From assembly GCF_009914755.1 (NCBI RefSeq), contig NC_060947.1: a stretch of 64,000 nt of DNA, one strand, 5' to 3'. This document shows, one piece after another, positions 12,601 to 26,948 of the stretch. Each line of letters starts with the position of its first letter. Within the stretch, counting starts at the first letter, position 1. The position numbers and the translations under genes were made by a program. The notes beneath the pieces were generated by a model. It was not told the origin of the DNA and did not search any database. It saw nothing but the letters and a program-made list of their open reading frames with translations. This stretch comes from the human T2T-CHM13v2.0 reference genome, Homo sapiens.

Positions 12601-12807
12601 AGCTTTATGTTTTCCAGGTAGAGAATGAGTTTGAGAGCCAGGTAGGGGGTGGCTCCCTCAAGAAAGGGGAGACAGGGCCTCTGATGGTCACAGGGCTGGG
12701 TGTATCGGCGGCATGTGGGATCCAGTTCATGTAAGGAGGGATGCGGCTGTAAGTAGGCCTGAAGACTCTGAAAGTACTGTTCCCCTTAGCAAAGATGGTG
12801 AGTGGCT

Positions 12808-14390
12808 GGGTGTGGGTGTCTGTGTGCCTCGGTGTCTGTTCTGTGTGTATCTGTGTGGTTTGGTGTGTGTATGCATGTGTGTATGTGTGTATAGATGTGT
12901 TCTGTATGTCTGTGTATATGCCCCTGTATGTCTCTGTGAGCATGTATGTGTGCGTCTTGTGTATGTGTGTGTCTGCATGCATGCACATGTGTGTGTGTAT
13001 TCTTGTATGTATTCATGTGTGTCTGTGTATGGGTGTGCACTGTAATAGGTGTGCTGTGTGTTTTACATATGTCTCTGTGTATACACATCTATGTGTGTAT
13101 GAGTATGTGCATATATGTTCTCTGTGTGTCTGTGCATATGTGTCTGTGATACAGGTATGTGTGTATATATATATATATACATGTCTCTGTGTGTCTGTGC
13201 CTATATAGATGCCTGTATGTGTGCCCAAGTGCGTCTGAGAGTGTCTGTGTCTCGTGTGTCTCTCTGTGTATGTGTGTCTGTGTCCTGTGTATTTATGTGT
13301 GCACATGTATGTATGTGTGTATGTTTGTTTCTGTATGTATTCATGTGTGTCTGTGGGTAAGTACGCATTGTGCTAGTGTACTGTGTGTTTTATGTGTGTC
13401 TCTGTGTGTATGCCTGTATGTGTGGATGAGTATGTGCATATGTGTTCTATGTATGTCTGTGGTTTTGCATATGTGTTTGTGTATATATGCATGTGTGTAT
13501 ATATGTCTCTGTGTGTCTGTGTGTGTATGAAGATGTCCGTGTGTGTACCCAAGTGTGTTTGAGTGTCTGTGTGTTTGTCTGCCTGTGTGTCTCTGTGTGC
13601 ATGTGTTTGTCTGTATATGTGTGTCTGTATATGTAAGTATGTGTGTTTCTGTGTGTTTATAGATACCTGTGTATGTGCCCAAGCATGTCTGAGAGTGTCT
13701 GTTTGCCTGTGTGTGTGTGTGTGTGTATGTGTGTCTGTATATGTAAGTCTGTGCATACTGTCTGTGTATAGATACCTGTGTGCCCGGGCATGTCTGAGTG
13801 TCTTTGTGTGTGTGTGCCTCTGTGTGTGTGTGTATGTATGTGTGTCTGTATACGTAAGTCTGTGCACGTCTGTGTGTGTATAGATACCTGTGTGTGTGCC
13901 TCAGCATGTCTGAGTGTGTCTCTGTGTGTGTGTGTGTGTTTGTATATGTGGGTCTGTATACGTAAGTCCGGGCACATCTGTCTGTGTGTGTATAGATACC
14001 TGTGTGTGTGCCTGGGCATGTTGGAGTGTGTGTGTGTGTGTGTTTGTTGGTGTATCTGTATATGGAGGTGTGTGCACATCTGTGTGTGTGTTTGTTGGTG
14101 TTATCTGTATATGGAGGTGTGTGCACATCTGTCTGTGTGCATATAGATACCTGTGTGTGTGCCTGGGCATGTCTGAGTGTGTCTGTGTGTGTGTGTTTGC
14201 ATATGTGTGTCTGTATAAGTAAGTCCGTTCACGTCTGTCTGTGTGTGTGTGTGCCTGGGCATGTTGGAGTGTGTCTCTGTGCGTGTGTGTGTATATGTAA
14301 GTCTGTGCACGTCTGTCTGTGTGTATAGATACCTGTGTGTGTGCCTGGGCATGTTGGAGTGTGTGTCTGTGTGTGTGCATGTGCATGCAT
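12808..14390. repeat. Degenerate (TG)n/(TGTA) tract with longer internal repeats
   Basis: 1.6 kb TG-rich sequence with the recurring block TAGATACCTGTGTGTGTGCCTGGGCATG. Confidence 0.95.
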
Positions 14391-14912
14391 CAGTGGCTGG
14401 GCTTTCACTCTACCCTGGGCTACTGTGATGAAGCTTGTGGCTGGATTCCATGTGCACTTGCCCTGCTCACCCCTGGAACCCATAAGAAGAAACACAAGAG
14501 GAGGCGGATGCTTGCAGATCAGCGTTACCTGCTGACGAGTGAGCCCCAGGAGATGAGAGGAGGAACCACACGCAAGGCGGTTCTTAACCTCTAATGCTTG
14601 AGTTGCTGGGACATGCAGTCCAGCTAGACAAACGCTGCCTTGCCCACGAGGGATTTTCTTAGTGATGCTCTGTGCCTGGATGCATCTGTCTCAGGCAGGT
14701 ACCTGCATGTGAGCCCAGCACTCCAGGAGGACGCACGGGTCTGCAAGGCATGGTCCAAATTCCATAACTCAGGACTTCCTAGAAGGGTTTAAGGAGGCAG
14801 AGGAGTTTGGCTGGTTTGTTGTTTTCATGACTCAACCCACTCATTTTACCAGCAATCAAAACGAGCATGGATTCTCACTGCACCTGCTCAGCAGAGAGGG
14901 CGGCATCCAAAC

Positions 14913-15028
14913 CAGTGGATCTGCAACTGTGGCCTCTGCAACAACAGCCTCAGCATCACCTATGCCCATCCTAGCAACAAAGATCCCCAGACTCCGCTCC
15001 AGACCCAATGGAGCAGAAATGCTGGGGG
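14913..15028. mobile_element. MER5A-like hAT fossil (partial)
   Basis: CAGTGGATCTGCAACTGTGG...CAGCATCACCT...CCAGACCCAATGGAGCAGAAATGCTGGGGG resembles MER5A. Confidence 0.55.
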
Positions 15029-15029
15029 C

Positions 15030-15273
15030 TTCACAATAGCCAAGCTATGGAAACAAGCAAAGTGTCCATGGATAGATGAATGAAGAAAGTGTGCTCTATG
15101 CACACGATGGAATATTATTCAGCTTTAAAGCATTTCTCCTTTGTCCTGAGAATACTGCCCAGGCAGTGAGATGCATTTTTTTTCTAAACAGGAAATGTGT
15201 TAATAAACAAAGACGGGAAAAAGGAGATTCTGTCGTTTGCCGCAACATAGATGAACCTGGAGGACATTCTACT
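15030..15273 (+). mobile_element. Old L1M ORF2-end fragment
   Basis: TCACAATAGCCAAG..TGGAAACAA..AAGTGTCCATGGATAGATGAATG and ATGAACCTGGAGGACATT. Confidence 0.7.
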
Positions 15274-15318
15274 CGATGCACGCTCGTTGATGCAGTTTCT
15301 TCATAGTGTCATTGGTCT

Positions 15319-16643
<1,325 letters not shown>

Positions 16644-18164
16644 CTTCATGAGTTGGTCTAGCTTCGATCTTTGTGGCCGCTGACCCTTGGATGGGGTTTT
16701 TGTGGGGGCTTTGTTGTTGTTGTTGTTGATGCTGTTGTTGTCACTTTCTGCTTGTTTGTTTTGCTTTCAAAAGTCAGGTCCCTCTTCTGTAGGGCTGCTG
16801 CAGTTTGCTGGGGGTTCACTTCAGGCTCTATTCATCTGATTCACGCACATGCCTGGAGATGTCACTCAAGGAGGCTGGATAAGAGCAAAGATGGGTGCCT
16901 GCTCCTTCTTCTGGGACCTCTGTCCTTCAGGGGCACCAACCTGATGCCAGTAGGATCCCTCCTATATAGGGCGTCTGACAACCCCTGTTGGAGGGTCTCA
17001 CCCTGTTGGGTGGCATGGGGAGCAGGCCCCATTGAACGAAGCACTTTGTCCCTTGCTTGAGGGGGTGTGCTTCACTGGGGGGAAATTCACTCATCTGGGC
17101 TTCTGGATTCCTTATAGTTACTAGGAGGAGAGACTAAGTCTGCTGGTCCACATAGACTGTGGCCACCCCTCCCACTAGGTGCTAAGGCCCAGGGAGATCC
17201 AAATTCTGTCCCTGAGCCTCTGGATGGAGTTATTGGAGATCCTGAAGGAAAGCCCTGACCATTGAGGAAGGATGGGTCAGGGTTAGGCCTGAAGAGGCAC
17301 TCTGGCCACAGATTGCCACAGCCAGTGTGTTGGGCTGTGGGGACAAGTATTGGGACCAAGCCATCCAGCCTCCCTGGCTCCAACAGGGGGAAAGCACAGC
17401 CTGGAGCTATAGAAATGGATGACACCCTTCCCCTGCCCAGGGAGCTTAGCATGTTAGGCAGTCACAATGCTGGCTGCTGCCCCTCCGCCAAAGAGCTCAA
17501 AGGGCTTAGACAGCAGGCAGCCTAGACAGCAGGCAGCCACAGCTGGTGCTGGTCGCCTCTCCCCCCAGGAGTTCGCTAGGCTTAAGCAGATTCCAGCTGA
17601 GAGGCTGTAAGAATCTGCGTGTTCTGGGGTTGGGACACTAGGTCCTGGTGGCATGGGTTTTGGGATCATGAGTGGGATCTTCCGATCCATGGGTTGCATA
17701 GTTCCATGGAGAAAGCACAGTTTCCCGGGCTGGGTAGCAGGCTCACTCACCACCTCCCTTGGCTGAGGGGAAGGGGTTCCCCTTCCCTGTGTGACTCTCA
17801 GGTGGGCCACCACACCATACTATTCTTCCTTCTCTTCGTGGGTCACCCCGGCCTTCTAGTCAATTTTGATGAGGGAACCTGGATGCCTTGGTTGTTGGTG
17901 AAGGATTTGTATGCTTTTTATGGTTTTCTCAATGGGAGCCTCTGAACGCGGCAGCTTCTAGTCGGCCATCTTGGCCCCGCCCCCGCGTCTTTCTTTAATG
18001 AAACGTTCGTGTGATTGGAAGCTGAGACCATTTAGAAATATTCTTTCCTAATGTGGATGTGAAAAGTCGTGTAAAGCCTGTCATTTTATTCCTTGAGTGA
18101 TTGCTGAGGGTGAAGTAGGGTTGGGTTGTGCTTTCACTAAATACTTTTGGTAAGGACCATTTAG

Positions 18165-18763
18165 GATTGGGAGTTGTACCAAGGGCACCCCTTGTTCTTA
18201 GCCCTTAGGATTTCGATTGACTTACACCACAGGTGTATTAGTCCGTTTTCATGCTGCTGATAAAGACATACCCGAGACTGGGAAATTTAGAAAGAAAAAG
18301 AGGTTTAATGGACTCAAAGCTCCATGTGGCTGGGGAGGTCTGACAATCATGGCAGAAGGCGAAAGGCACATCTTACATGGCAGCAGGCAAGCGAGAATGA
18401 GAGCCAAGCAAAAGGGGTTCCCCTTACCAAACCATCAGATCTCATGAAACTTATTCACTACCACGAGAACAGTCTGGGGGAAACTGCCCCCATGATTCAA
18501 TTATCTCCCACCAGGTCCCTCCCACAACACATGGGAATTATATGGCAGCTACAGTTCAAGATGAGATTTGGGTGGGGACACAGAAAACCCATATCAATCA
18601 CCTTATCTAGGTCTTCAACTTGTAGAATATGGTGGGTGGGACTTAGCCTCCATAATCACATGAGCCAATTCCCATAATAAATATCATCTGTATCTATAGC
18701 TATAGCTATAGCTATAGCTGTCTGTCCTATTGCTTCTATTTTTCTGGAGAACTCTAACAAATA
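18165..18763 (+). mobile_element. MLT2 (MLT2C/D-like, ERVL) LTR 3' part, split by THE1
   Basis: GCCTCCATAATCACATGAGCCAATTCCCATAATAAAT...TCCTATTGCTTCTATTTTTCTGGAGAAC. Confidence 0.65.
18234..18596 (-). mobile_element. THE1B-like solo LTR
   Basis: TGTATTAGTCCGTTTTCATGCTGCTGATAAAGACATACCCGAGACTGGG...GGGTGGGGACACAG..CCATATCA. Confidence 0.93.
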
Positions 18764-18930
18764 TATCCCTTATCAGATACATGATAGGCAAATATATCTT
18801 TTCATTCTGTGGTTTGTTTTTTCACCCTTTTGCCTGTGTCTTCTGATGAACAAAAGTTGTTGTTGTTGTTTTTGGTGCAGTCCAGTTTACCTGTTTTTTT
18901 TTTTTTCCTTTTGTTGCCTGTGTCTTTCGT
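18764..18930 (-). mobile_element. Old L1M fragment
   Basis: TTATCAGATACATGA...GCAAATAT...TTCTGTGGTTTG...TTCTGATGAACAAAAG. Confidence 0.6.
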
Positions 18931-19958
18931 GGCATTGCCAACAAATTATCATAAATTTCCAAAACTTTTTCTAGACCATCTAATATACATGGAGAGTGGA
19001 AAACACGAGATCTTGTTGGGCCTTTCTCCGCTCTGGATTTTCTGGATGCAGTCAGCCATCCAGACAGCTGAGTGCAATGGCGCCTTCGCCCCATCTGTAC
19101 CTCTGCAGAAGGTGGGCCCCTGCCAAAAAGACTGCATTTTCCAGGAGGGCGAGAGACAAGCCAATTTGGCAAAAGCACACAAGTGAAGTCAGTGGCTTTC
19201 TCCAGCCGACCATCTCCACTGGTGTTGCTGGCTGGCCCTTCACATCCAAGTGGCTTCACCGGTAATATCCTAAGAATAGCCCAATGCATTAACCGTCAAC
19301 AATGCCAAACTTTCCAAGGCTCACTTTGAGAAAATTTCCTGTTTTTTCATTATCTTTTCCAATTTTTTTTCTCAAACAAAAGTCTGTCAATCTGGCCTCC
19401 TGATGAGAGTCTCTTTGTAGCTGCAAGAGGTCATAATCAGAAAGTAAGTGCCTGCAAAGATAACATTTTTCAAGAAGGTGCTTTTTTTTTTCTCTTCTCC
19501 AGATGGTGACATATGGAGAATTAGCAGGGATGCTACAAATAGCCCATCAGAGGGCTTTTGGTGGGGGGAAAGGTGACAGATAAAGCCAGTAAAGGATCTA
19601 AGATACCCTCCCAAATGTCCACAGACAGGGCAGTTTCTCATCCCCACAGCTTTCAGCTTTCGCCTGCAGGTTCCAGACCGCTGATGTCAGCCCATGGAAG
19701 GATTGAGGCACAGCTGTCTGCCCAGAGTCCCAGAGCACAGCACAGACATCTTCCAGGATTATAAATCGAGCAGCATGTCAGCAGTTCTCATGCCTAATAC
19801 CTGCACCGGCTGCTTCTATGGGCCCAGGGAAGGACTTATTTCTCTGCTATACTTTTATGGATGATTTCCTGGTTGTGGCAAGGGCTTCTGAGGCATGCAT
19901 TCCTCAGTTGCCCTAATCAGATAGGTGCTTCATGCACAGTAGTTGTCACAGTGACATT

Positions 19959-20321
19959 TGTATTAGTCTGTTCTCACACTACTAATAAAGACATACCCAA
20001 GACTGGGTAAGTTATAAAGAAAAAGAGGCTTAATGGACTCACAGTTCCACATGGCTGGGGAGACCTCACAATTACAGCAGAAGGTGAAGGACACAAAGGC
20101 ACATCTTACATGGTGGCAGGTGAGAGAGCTTGTTCAGGGGAATTCCACCTTATAAAACCATCAGATCCCATGAGACTTATTCACTATCATGGGAACAGCA
20201 CAAGAAAGACCCACTCCCATGATTCAATTACCTCCCACTGGCTCCCTCCCACAACATGTGAAAACTGTGGGAGCTACAATTCAAGATGAGATTTTGGTGG
20301 GGACACAGCCAAACCATATCA
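19959..20321 (-). mobile_element. THE1B/C solo LTR
   Basis: TGTATTAGTCTGTTCTCACACT...GGGACACAGCCAAACCATATCA; near-TSD ACATT/ATATT. Confidence 0.93.
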
Positions 20322-21019
20322 ATATTTTTCCTGTTCTAATCCTTAGGGAGCCAAATTGTGTTACCCTGAAACCTATCTCTGGCCAGAGAGTGCATTTATA
20401 ATAAAAGCTATGCTATTCTGGGGGAGAGAACCATCCATTCACCTCCTGGCTTGGACTTTAATCATATGTAAAATTTGGAAGCATGGAACTTTCTCAGAGG
20501 CTTCAAGAATCTGTATGTGTTTATCTGTGCATTTGAGACAGTATAGGCTTTTGAGCTACATTCACTGGGGTATCAGTGAAAATATTCAATAAAATGTTCA
20601 TGCTCTGAAGAGAAATCCTTTGCCATTATCCGTCGTGTCCCATTGATACATGTGACACACAGATGTGGATGTGTTTGTTGAATCCATTTTGGGACTTGAT
20701 CTTTCGCTATTTAAGCAATCTCACACTTATCGGTCAGAATTTTAGCTTGGTGAAATTTTTTTCTGTTGAAAGCCTGTTTGATGGTGTGTTGTAACTCAGG
20801 ACTAATTTCAACATTAACCTCCTATGTCTTATGTCACCCATTCAAAACTCTCTGTTACCAACATAAAAATAACTGCCATTTGGATGCGCGATTTACTCTA
20901 TAAAGAAAGGATGTTCTAATGAGCTGGATCTCTGCATTCTTGTTGGGAATTGCAACTTAGGGAGCAAGAAAGAATGCAGAAGAAAATGGAGATGAGAGGA
21001 AAGAGAGGATTGCTTTGGA

Positions 21020-21580
21020 GGACACACACAGACACAAGTACATATACAAGCAGACACAAACACATGCTTACACTTAAACACATGCATACATACAACTGCA
21101 TGCATGTACATATATACACACAAACACATGCATAGATAAACTTATGCAGAAACTAATGCATACTTAAATTTGTATGCATGCACATATATACACACAAACA
21201 CGTGCGTACATAAACTCAAGCAGAAACCCATGCATACATACAACTGCTTGCATGCACATTTATACACAAAAACACATGCACACATAAACTTATGCAGAAA
21301 CCCATGAATACATACACCTGCATGAATGCACATATATACACACAAATGCATGCATACATAAAATCATACAGAAACTCGTGCATACATATGCCTGCATGAA
21401 TGTACACCCATGCACTCATACATGGGAACACATGTGCATATACAAACACACATACATAATACACTCATGCAGAAATGCATGCATTTGTGCATCTACACAT
21501 ACAAACATGAACACACAGAAATACATGTGCGTACACAAGTTCATACAGAACATACGCATACAGACACATAAACATACAGA
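21020..21580. repeat. Degenerate (CA)/(CATA)/(CATG) tract with ~70-75 bp repeating block
   Basis: Recurring AAACTTATGCAGAAACCCATGCATACATACAACTGC-like blocks. Confidence 0.85.
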
Positions 21581-22689
21581 GTCTCAAGGGGAGTCACCCA
21601 GGTCAGGGCCAGATGGGGGACATAGCTGAGACTCAAAGGGTCCATATGGGTGGCAATGGAGCCCTGATCAGGCCAAAACCCCAGGTACACAGGCTGCAGG
21701 CTCCAGCCCCAGTGCCAGCAGCATGCAGGTGGATGAAGCCAGACAAGGCTCAAGCAGCAGCACAGCTATTCTTCTGCTGAGCCTCCCTTAACTCAAGGCC
21801 TTCTCTCCATGGCTAGGATGTAGTTTGCTCCCCACATTTCACTTCCAGACCTCAGCTTGAAGAAGCTCTTGGTGATGATGGCTGACGGCAAGACATGAAG
21901 AATAGGCCATGCATTTCCCCAGAAGGAACCATGAACCTATGGACACACCAAGAGGGTCTCTGCTTTGCACTGAATTTACTCCACCCCATTCTTCCAGCTT
22001 AGTGGGAGATTTGCAGCCCTTCAGATTAGCGAACAGATACTAAGTGTGCACATTTTGCAGTTTGCATGCCTAAAAGTGAGTTCAGTAACCTTTGACACCC
22101 AATCCATCAGGGTGGTCCAGGAAGGACAGTTGTGGTCCAGGAAGGACAGCTAATGTTAACAGTGACAAACGATGACCGCCAAGGGCTCTATCAAATTGCA
22201 TTTGCAAATTTGGCTTTTATCTCACTACCATAACCATGCACCACTGTAACCATCTGTGTCGATTCAGCACTTTTTCTATTTTAATTTTTATTGAGCTCTG
22301 ACTAGGTGGGAATACTAAACTAGCCCATATGCCCACCTGGAAAAGAGCCCAGTGCTGGCAAAAGAGTAAGCTTATTTGTAGGACTGCATTCTACATTTCA
22401 TCCATGTGCAAAAAAAAAAAAAAAAAAAAAAAACTGAAAACATAAAACTCGAGAAGGGCCACCTGATACAGGTGATTATTTTCTTTTTTTTTTCTTTTTA
22501 CTTTTGGGAAATATTTCACCAAACCATTTATTAGGCTAATTAATGGAAGTGGGGAGCCCTACCTTCAACACACAGAATACTGGCTGTTGGATATGTCCAT
22601 CTGTTCAAGTCTCAATGTTTCTTTCCCTTCCCCCCAAATCCATATGACAAAGTTCTAACTGCCAGTGTGGGTGTATTTGGAATAATGTC

Positions 22690-23074
22690 TGTTAAAAGAA
22701 AAACCTTAGACAAATTAAATTTAACAGAGGTTAATTGAGCAAAGAATGATTCCCAAATCAGGCAGCCCCCCAAAACCAGAATAGGTTCAATCTCTGGCTT
22801 TGCTGCATGGTCAAAGATTTATGGACAGAAAAATGAAAGTGAGGTACAGAAACAGCTGGATTGGTTACAGCTTGGCATTTACCTTATTTGAACACAATTT
22901 GTACCATTGGCCACCTTTGACTGGTCAAAACTTGGTGGTTGGCACAGGAGTGGATTCCAGTCCATTTGCATGTTTGCACATCCAGTTAGGTTACAGTGCA
23001 CTGTGTGCAGAGAAGCTTTGAGGTTGAACTTAAAATATGTGAGGAGGCAGCTTTAGGCTAAACTTAATTTAACA
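22690..23074 (-). mobile_element. MER57-family ERV1 solo LTR
   Basis: Minus strand begins TGTTAAATTAAGTTTAGCCTAAAGCTGCCTCCT; TG...CA termini. Confidence 0.85.
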
Positions 23075-23802
23075 AGATGTAATTAAGATTCAATGATATT
23101 ATGGTTTGGATGTGTCCCCACCTGAATCTCATCTTGAACTGTAGCTCCCATAATCCCCACGTCATGGGAGGGACCGAGTAGGAGGTAATTGAATCATAAA
23201 GGTGGGTCTTTCCCATGCTGTTCTTGTGGTAGTGAATAAGTCTCACCAGATCTGATGGTTTTGTAAAGAGGCGTTCCCCTGCGCATGCTCTCTTGGCTGC
23301 TGCCATGTAAGACAGGACTTTGCTCCTCCTTGGCTTCTGCCATGATTGTGAGGCCTCCCCAGCCATGTGGAACTGTGAGTCCATTAAACTTCTTTTTCTT
23401 TATAAATTACCCAGTCTTGGGTATGTCTTTATTAGCAGCCTGAGAACAAACTAATACCAATGTCATAAGGATGGAGACCTGATCCGGTAGGATTAGTGTC
23501 CTTATAAGAAGACACTCTGGGGAGTTCACTCTCTCTCTCTCTGTCTCAATCTCTCTCTATATATATGTTTCTCTCCTTCCTTCCCTCCCTCCCTCCCTCA
23601 CTCTGTCCATCTCACCCTCTCCACCATGTGAGGAACCAGCAAGGAGGCACTGTCTATGAACAAAGAACCAAGTCCTCACCAGACATTGAATCTGCCATGC
23701 CTTGGTCTTGGACATCCAGCATTCAGAATTGTGAGCAATAAACATCTGTGGTCTAAGCCCCCAAGGCTATCACACTTTGTTGAGCATCCTGAGCTAAGAG
23801 AC
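23075..23802 (+). mobile_element. MLT1A-type LTR interrupted by THE1
   Basis: GATTAGTGTCCTTATAAGAAGA...CCATGTGAGGA...CCTCACCAGACATTGAATCTGCCATGCCTTGGTCTTGGAC. Confidence 0.75.
23094..23458 (+). mobile_element. THE1C-like solo LTR
   Basis: ATGGTTTGGATGTGTCCCCACC...GGTATGTCTTTATTAGCAGC...ACTAATAC. Confidence 0.92.
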
Positions 23803-24337
23803 CATCTCTGGGTGTCTAACCCCTCACTTATCTATTGCTAGGTCAAATGGATCATACAATCTGCAATATGGTTGAGTGATAGGCCTCCAAAGGAAGCAAC
23901 TGGACATCGGCCAGCTGAAGAGGTCAGCCAGAGGATCCTACTATGGTCGTTAAGGTACAGCTCCCACTTCCCATCCCCAGGACCCAGAGGAAGCACATGG
24001 GTACATGTGTAGGCAGCGTTTTAATTCTTCAGCATTTATTTTTGCCAAGATGGCAGAAGGGACACGGGAAACAATTTGTTCCTCACTGATTTCTTCTGCA
24101 TAGGCTCTGGGTTGAGTAATGCTCCCTGAGTGTGTACACCTGTGTGGGCCCAGCCAGCCCTGCTACTGGTGGCAGTGTGGCCTCGTAGGGGAAGGGCTCG
24201 TGCTTTGCTGACAGGGTGGGGAACTTTCTGGTAAAATGCTCCTGGAATTGACATTTGACAGATTAACTGTGCTGGAAGACAGAGTCATAAACAGAGGGTT
24301 CTGGGGAACCACTGAGAGCCAGAACCTCATGGTGGAC

Positions 24338-24365
24338 ATCTGTCATTTATCTATGTATCATCTAT

Positions 24366-24406
<41 letters not shown>

Positions 24407-24657
24407 ATCTATCACCCACCCATCTATCCATCTATATCTATCTATTCATCTATCTGTCCATCATCTGTCTATCCATCATCTATTTCTCTATGTATTTATC
24501 ATCTGTCACCTATCTATCCATGTCTCTATCATCTATCACCCATCTATTTATCTATCCATTATCTATCTATCATCTATCTATCTATATAAAATCTATTACC
24601 TATCTATCTATTCATCTATCATCTATCTATTTATCTATCCATCATCTCTCTCTCTCT
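24338..24657. repeat. (TCTA)n/(TCCA)n degenerate tetranucleotide tract
   Basis: TCTA core at ~24368-24405 with degenerate flanks. Confidence 0.9.
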
Positions 24658-26667
24658 AACTATTCCTACTATGGAAATGTGCTTCAGTGTGTACTCAATC
24701 AGAGCTTCCCCATGCACAGATTTCATTTGGGTTCAGCACTCTGAGGGGTACATTGTGAGTGATTTCAAAGGATTCGAGGTCAATCCTGGATATTCCCAGG
24801 TATAAGGAAAGGAATGTGGAAACTCAAGCTCTTATCCCTGCTTTGTTTAGGCCAGACGCTAAATAGCCAATTACACAGAGGTGTGTCTTGGGCTCTCTTT
24901 GAAACTCCAGGAACAGTCGTGTAGGCTCACATTCTCTTTGCCATCTGGCCATTTGTATGAATCCAGTTGATGATAACGCAGCACATCTAATAAGCAGGTA
25001 CCTCCATAAATTTCCTACCATTGATGCTACTGCATGGGCTGAAATATGTCATTCAGGAGCAAGAGTGAGGCAAACAATGGCCTTCCCAGTGCGTGCAGGA
25101 AATAAGAGCTTCCTGTCAAGGAAGAGACGAGTCTGTTATTTAGCTTAAGCAGATTTCCATGTATCAGACAAACAACTATATTTAAACCAATGCATTTGGG
25201 GAAAAATATATACTGGAATATATAGTTCAGCATTGCAAAGAAGCAATGCCTGAATTGTTGTGAGTTTTGGTATACGTCCACCAAATATCCTCTCCCTAAC
25301 AATGGTGGGAAGGAACCACACCTTTAGAACTCTCTGGGACCCAGGCCACAGGAACGACATCTAAATAAAATTGCTTTATACTCCTCTGATTGGGGAGAGT
25401 AGAAATTATGCTTTTTGCTCTCTGGGAAATTGCTAGGTATGCTTGCGATTCAGGAAAGTTCTTACCTCACTCATAGTTAGGTTGAAGCAGAGGTGTCGGA
25501 AAGACAAGAGGAGTGAATGTGATTTGAGGCTTTTAAGAATCAGTATCTGACCTTTCTCCTAATAGAAAGTTTTTCTTCCATGTGCACTTTCTTCCTCCAT
25601 TGGAGACTTTGCTTGCAAGCGCCTTGTCTGACATTTGAGGACCCTTATCTTGATTGAGTTCATGTAGAGCTCTTGGGGTTGGGATGGGGAGCTTAGACTC
25701 CCTTTGGGTAGGGCCCTCTCGGCTTCCCTGAGAAAATATCTCAGCCAGACATTCGCTCTGGATAGACTTCCACATTTTTCTCTATTGTGTAACTTTGGGC
25801 AACTTGAGTAACCTCAGAATATGAGGTAATTACAGCATTTTATTTCCTAATTGACCCAAATCTAATTGCATCCAAAAAGTTGCAATGCCCTTGGCTACAG
25901 CCTGAGATATTTCTGTAAAATCATGAAAGTTCACAAGAAAAGGATTAGTGGAATTTCTCTGAGCCAAAAAGCGGAGGAATCTATTGTTATCCTAAGAAGT
26001 CCCCAATGTAGAGGACACACATCAATAACAAGATATCCTTCTGTGACCTCAGGGAAATAGTCTCCATTCGTGGCTTGGCCAACATCGTGGCATCAATGTC
26101 ATCTCATTTAGCTTGACTTTTCTTACACTTGGATAGTTGCTTCTATTCATCTTTCACCCCATTTTCTGCTTTCATGTCTGTGCAGGCATGAATTCATAGC
26201 TTCCAATCTTATAACTTTCTCATTGTCTTCACCAGATTCCCTATTATTTCCCTTTTCCTGGTAGTCTTGGTAACAGCTGGAGTTACCCATACTCAAAAAT
26301 CATAATTTAAAAAGTCTTCATGAATGAGGAGGGCAGAACCAAGAAGGATATCTGGCCTACCACCTTTGCAGAATTCTGTCCAAAAGAATGACTCAATATT
26401 GTACCTTAAAACTATCTCCTATTTCCAAGCAGACAAGATCATTGTGCTCTCTCTCCCACAGTGTCAAAGAATTCATGCTCTCTTTCTTTCCTTCTTCACA
26501 CATTTCCATTCTCACTATACTCGGCCCACACCTAGCACATTGACTGGTATACACCAGGCACTCAAACAGTGTCTTTGCTTCATGAATGAACGCATTTTAC
26601 CTTTACCCAATGATATCATAACTGATAAGAGTCCTCGGTTGGATTTTTTTTAATGTATTTATGGAGT

Positions 26668-26948
26668 ACTTCAAAATTTCCTACAGAGCTATAGTAACCA
26701 AAACAGCAAGGTACCGATATAAAACCAGACACACAGACCAATGGAACAGACTAGAGCACCCAGAAATAAATCCACAGATCTAAAGCGAACTCATTTTTCA
26801 CAAAGGTGCCACAAACATACTTTGAGGAAAAGACAATCTCTTCAATAAATGGTGCTGGGAAAACTGGATATCCACATATGGAAGAATAAAACTAGACCCC
26901 TGTCTCTTACCATATACAACAATCAAAATAAAATGGATTAAGGACTTA
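26668..26948 (+). mobile_element. L1M ORF2 internal fragment
   Basis: ATAGTAACCAAAACAGCA...GACCAATGGAACAGA...TTCAATAAATGGTGCTGGGAAAACTGGATATCCA. Confidence 0.85.

Noticed and set aside
12605-14594. Many overlapping C/V-rich and H/T-rich ORFs
   Set aside because: Translations of the TG/CA tract.
18518-18530. PRDM9 hotspot motif in the THE1B LTR
   Set aside because: The sequence is CCTCCCACAACAC, lacking the CCTCCCT core of the classic hotspot allele.
18809-19329. Cluster of overlapping ORFs in a GC-richer unique segment
   Set aside because: No recognisable protein similarity or convincing exon boundaries; the start lies in an L1 fragment.
22112-22149. 18-bp direct repeat GTGGTCCAGGAAGGACAG (similarly a 13-bp period duplication near 57643-57667)
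   Set aside because: Ordinary slippage duplications with no evident motif.
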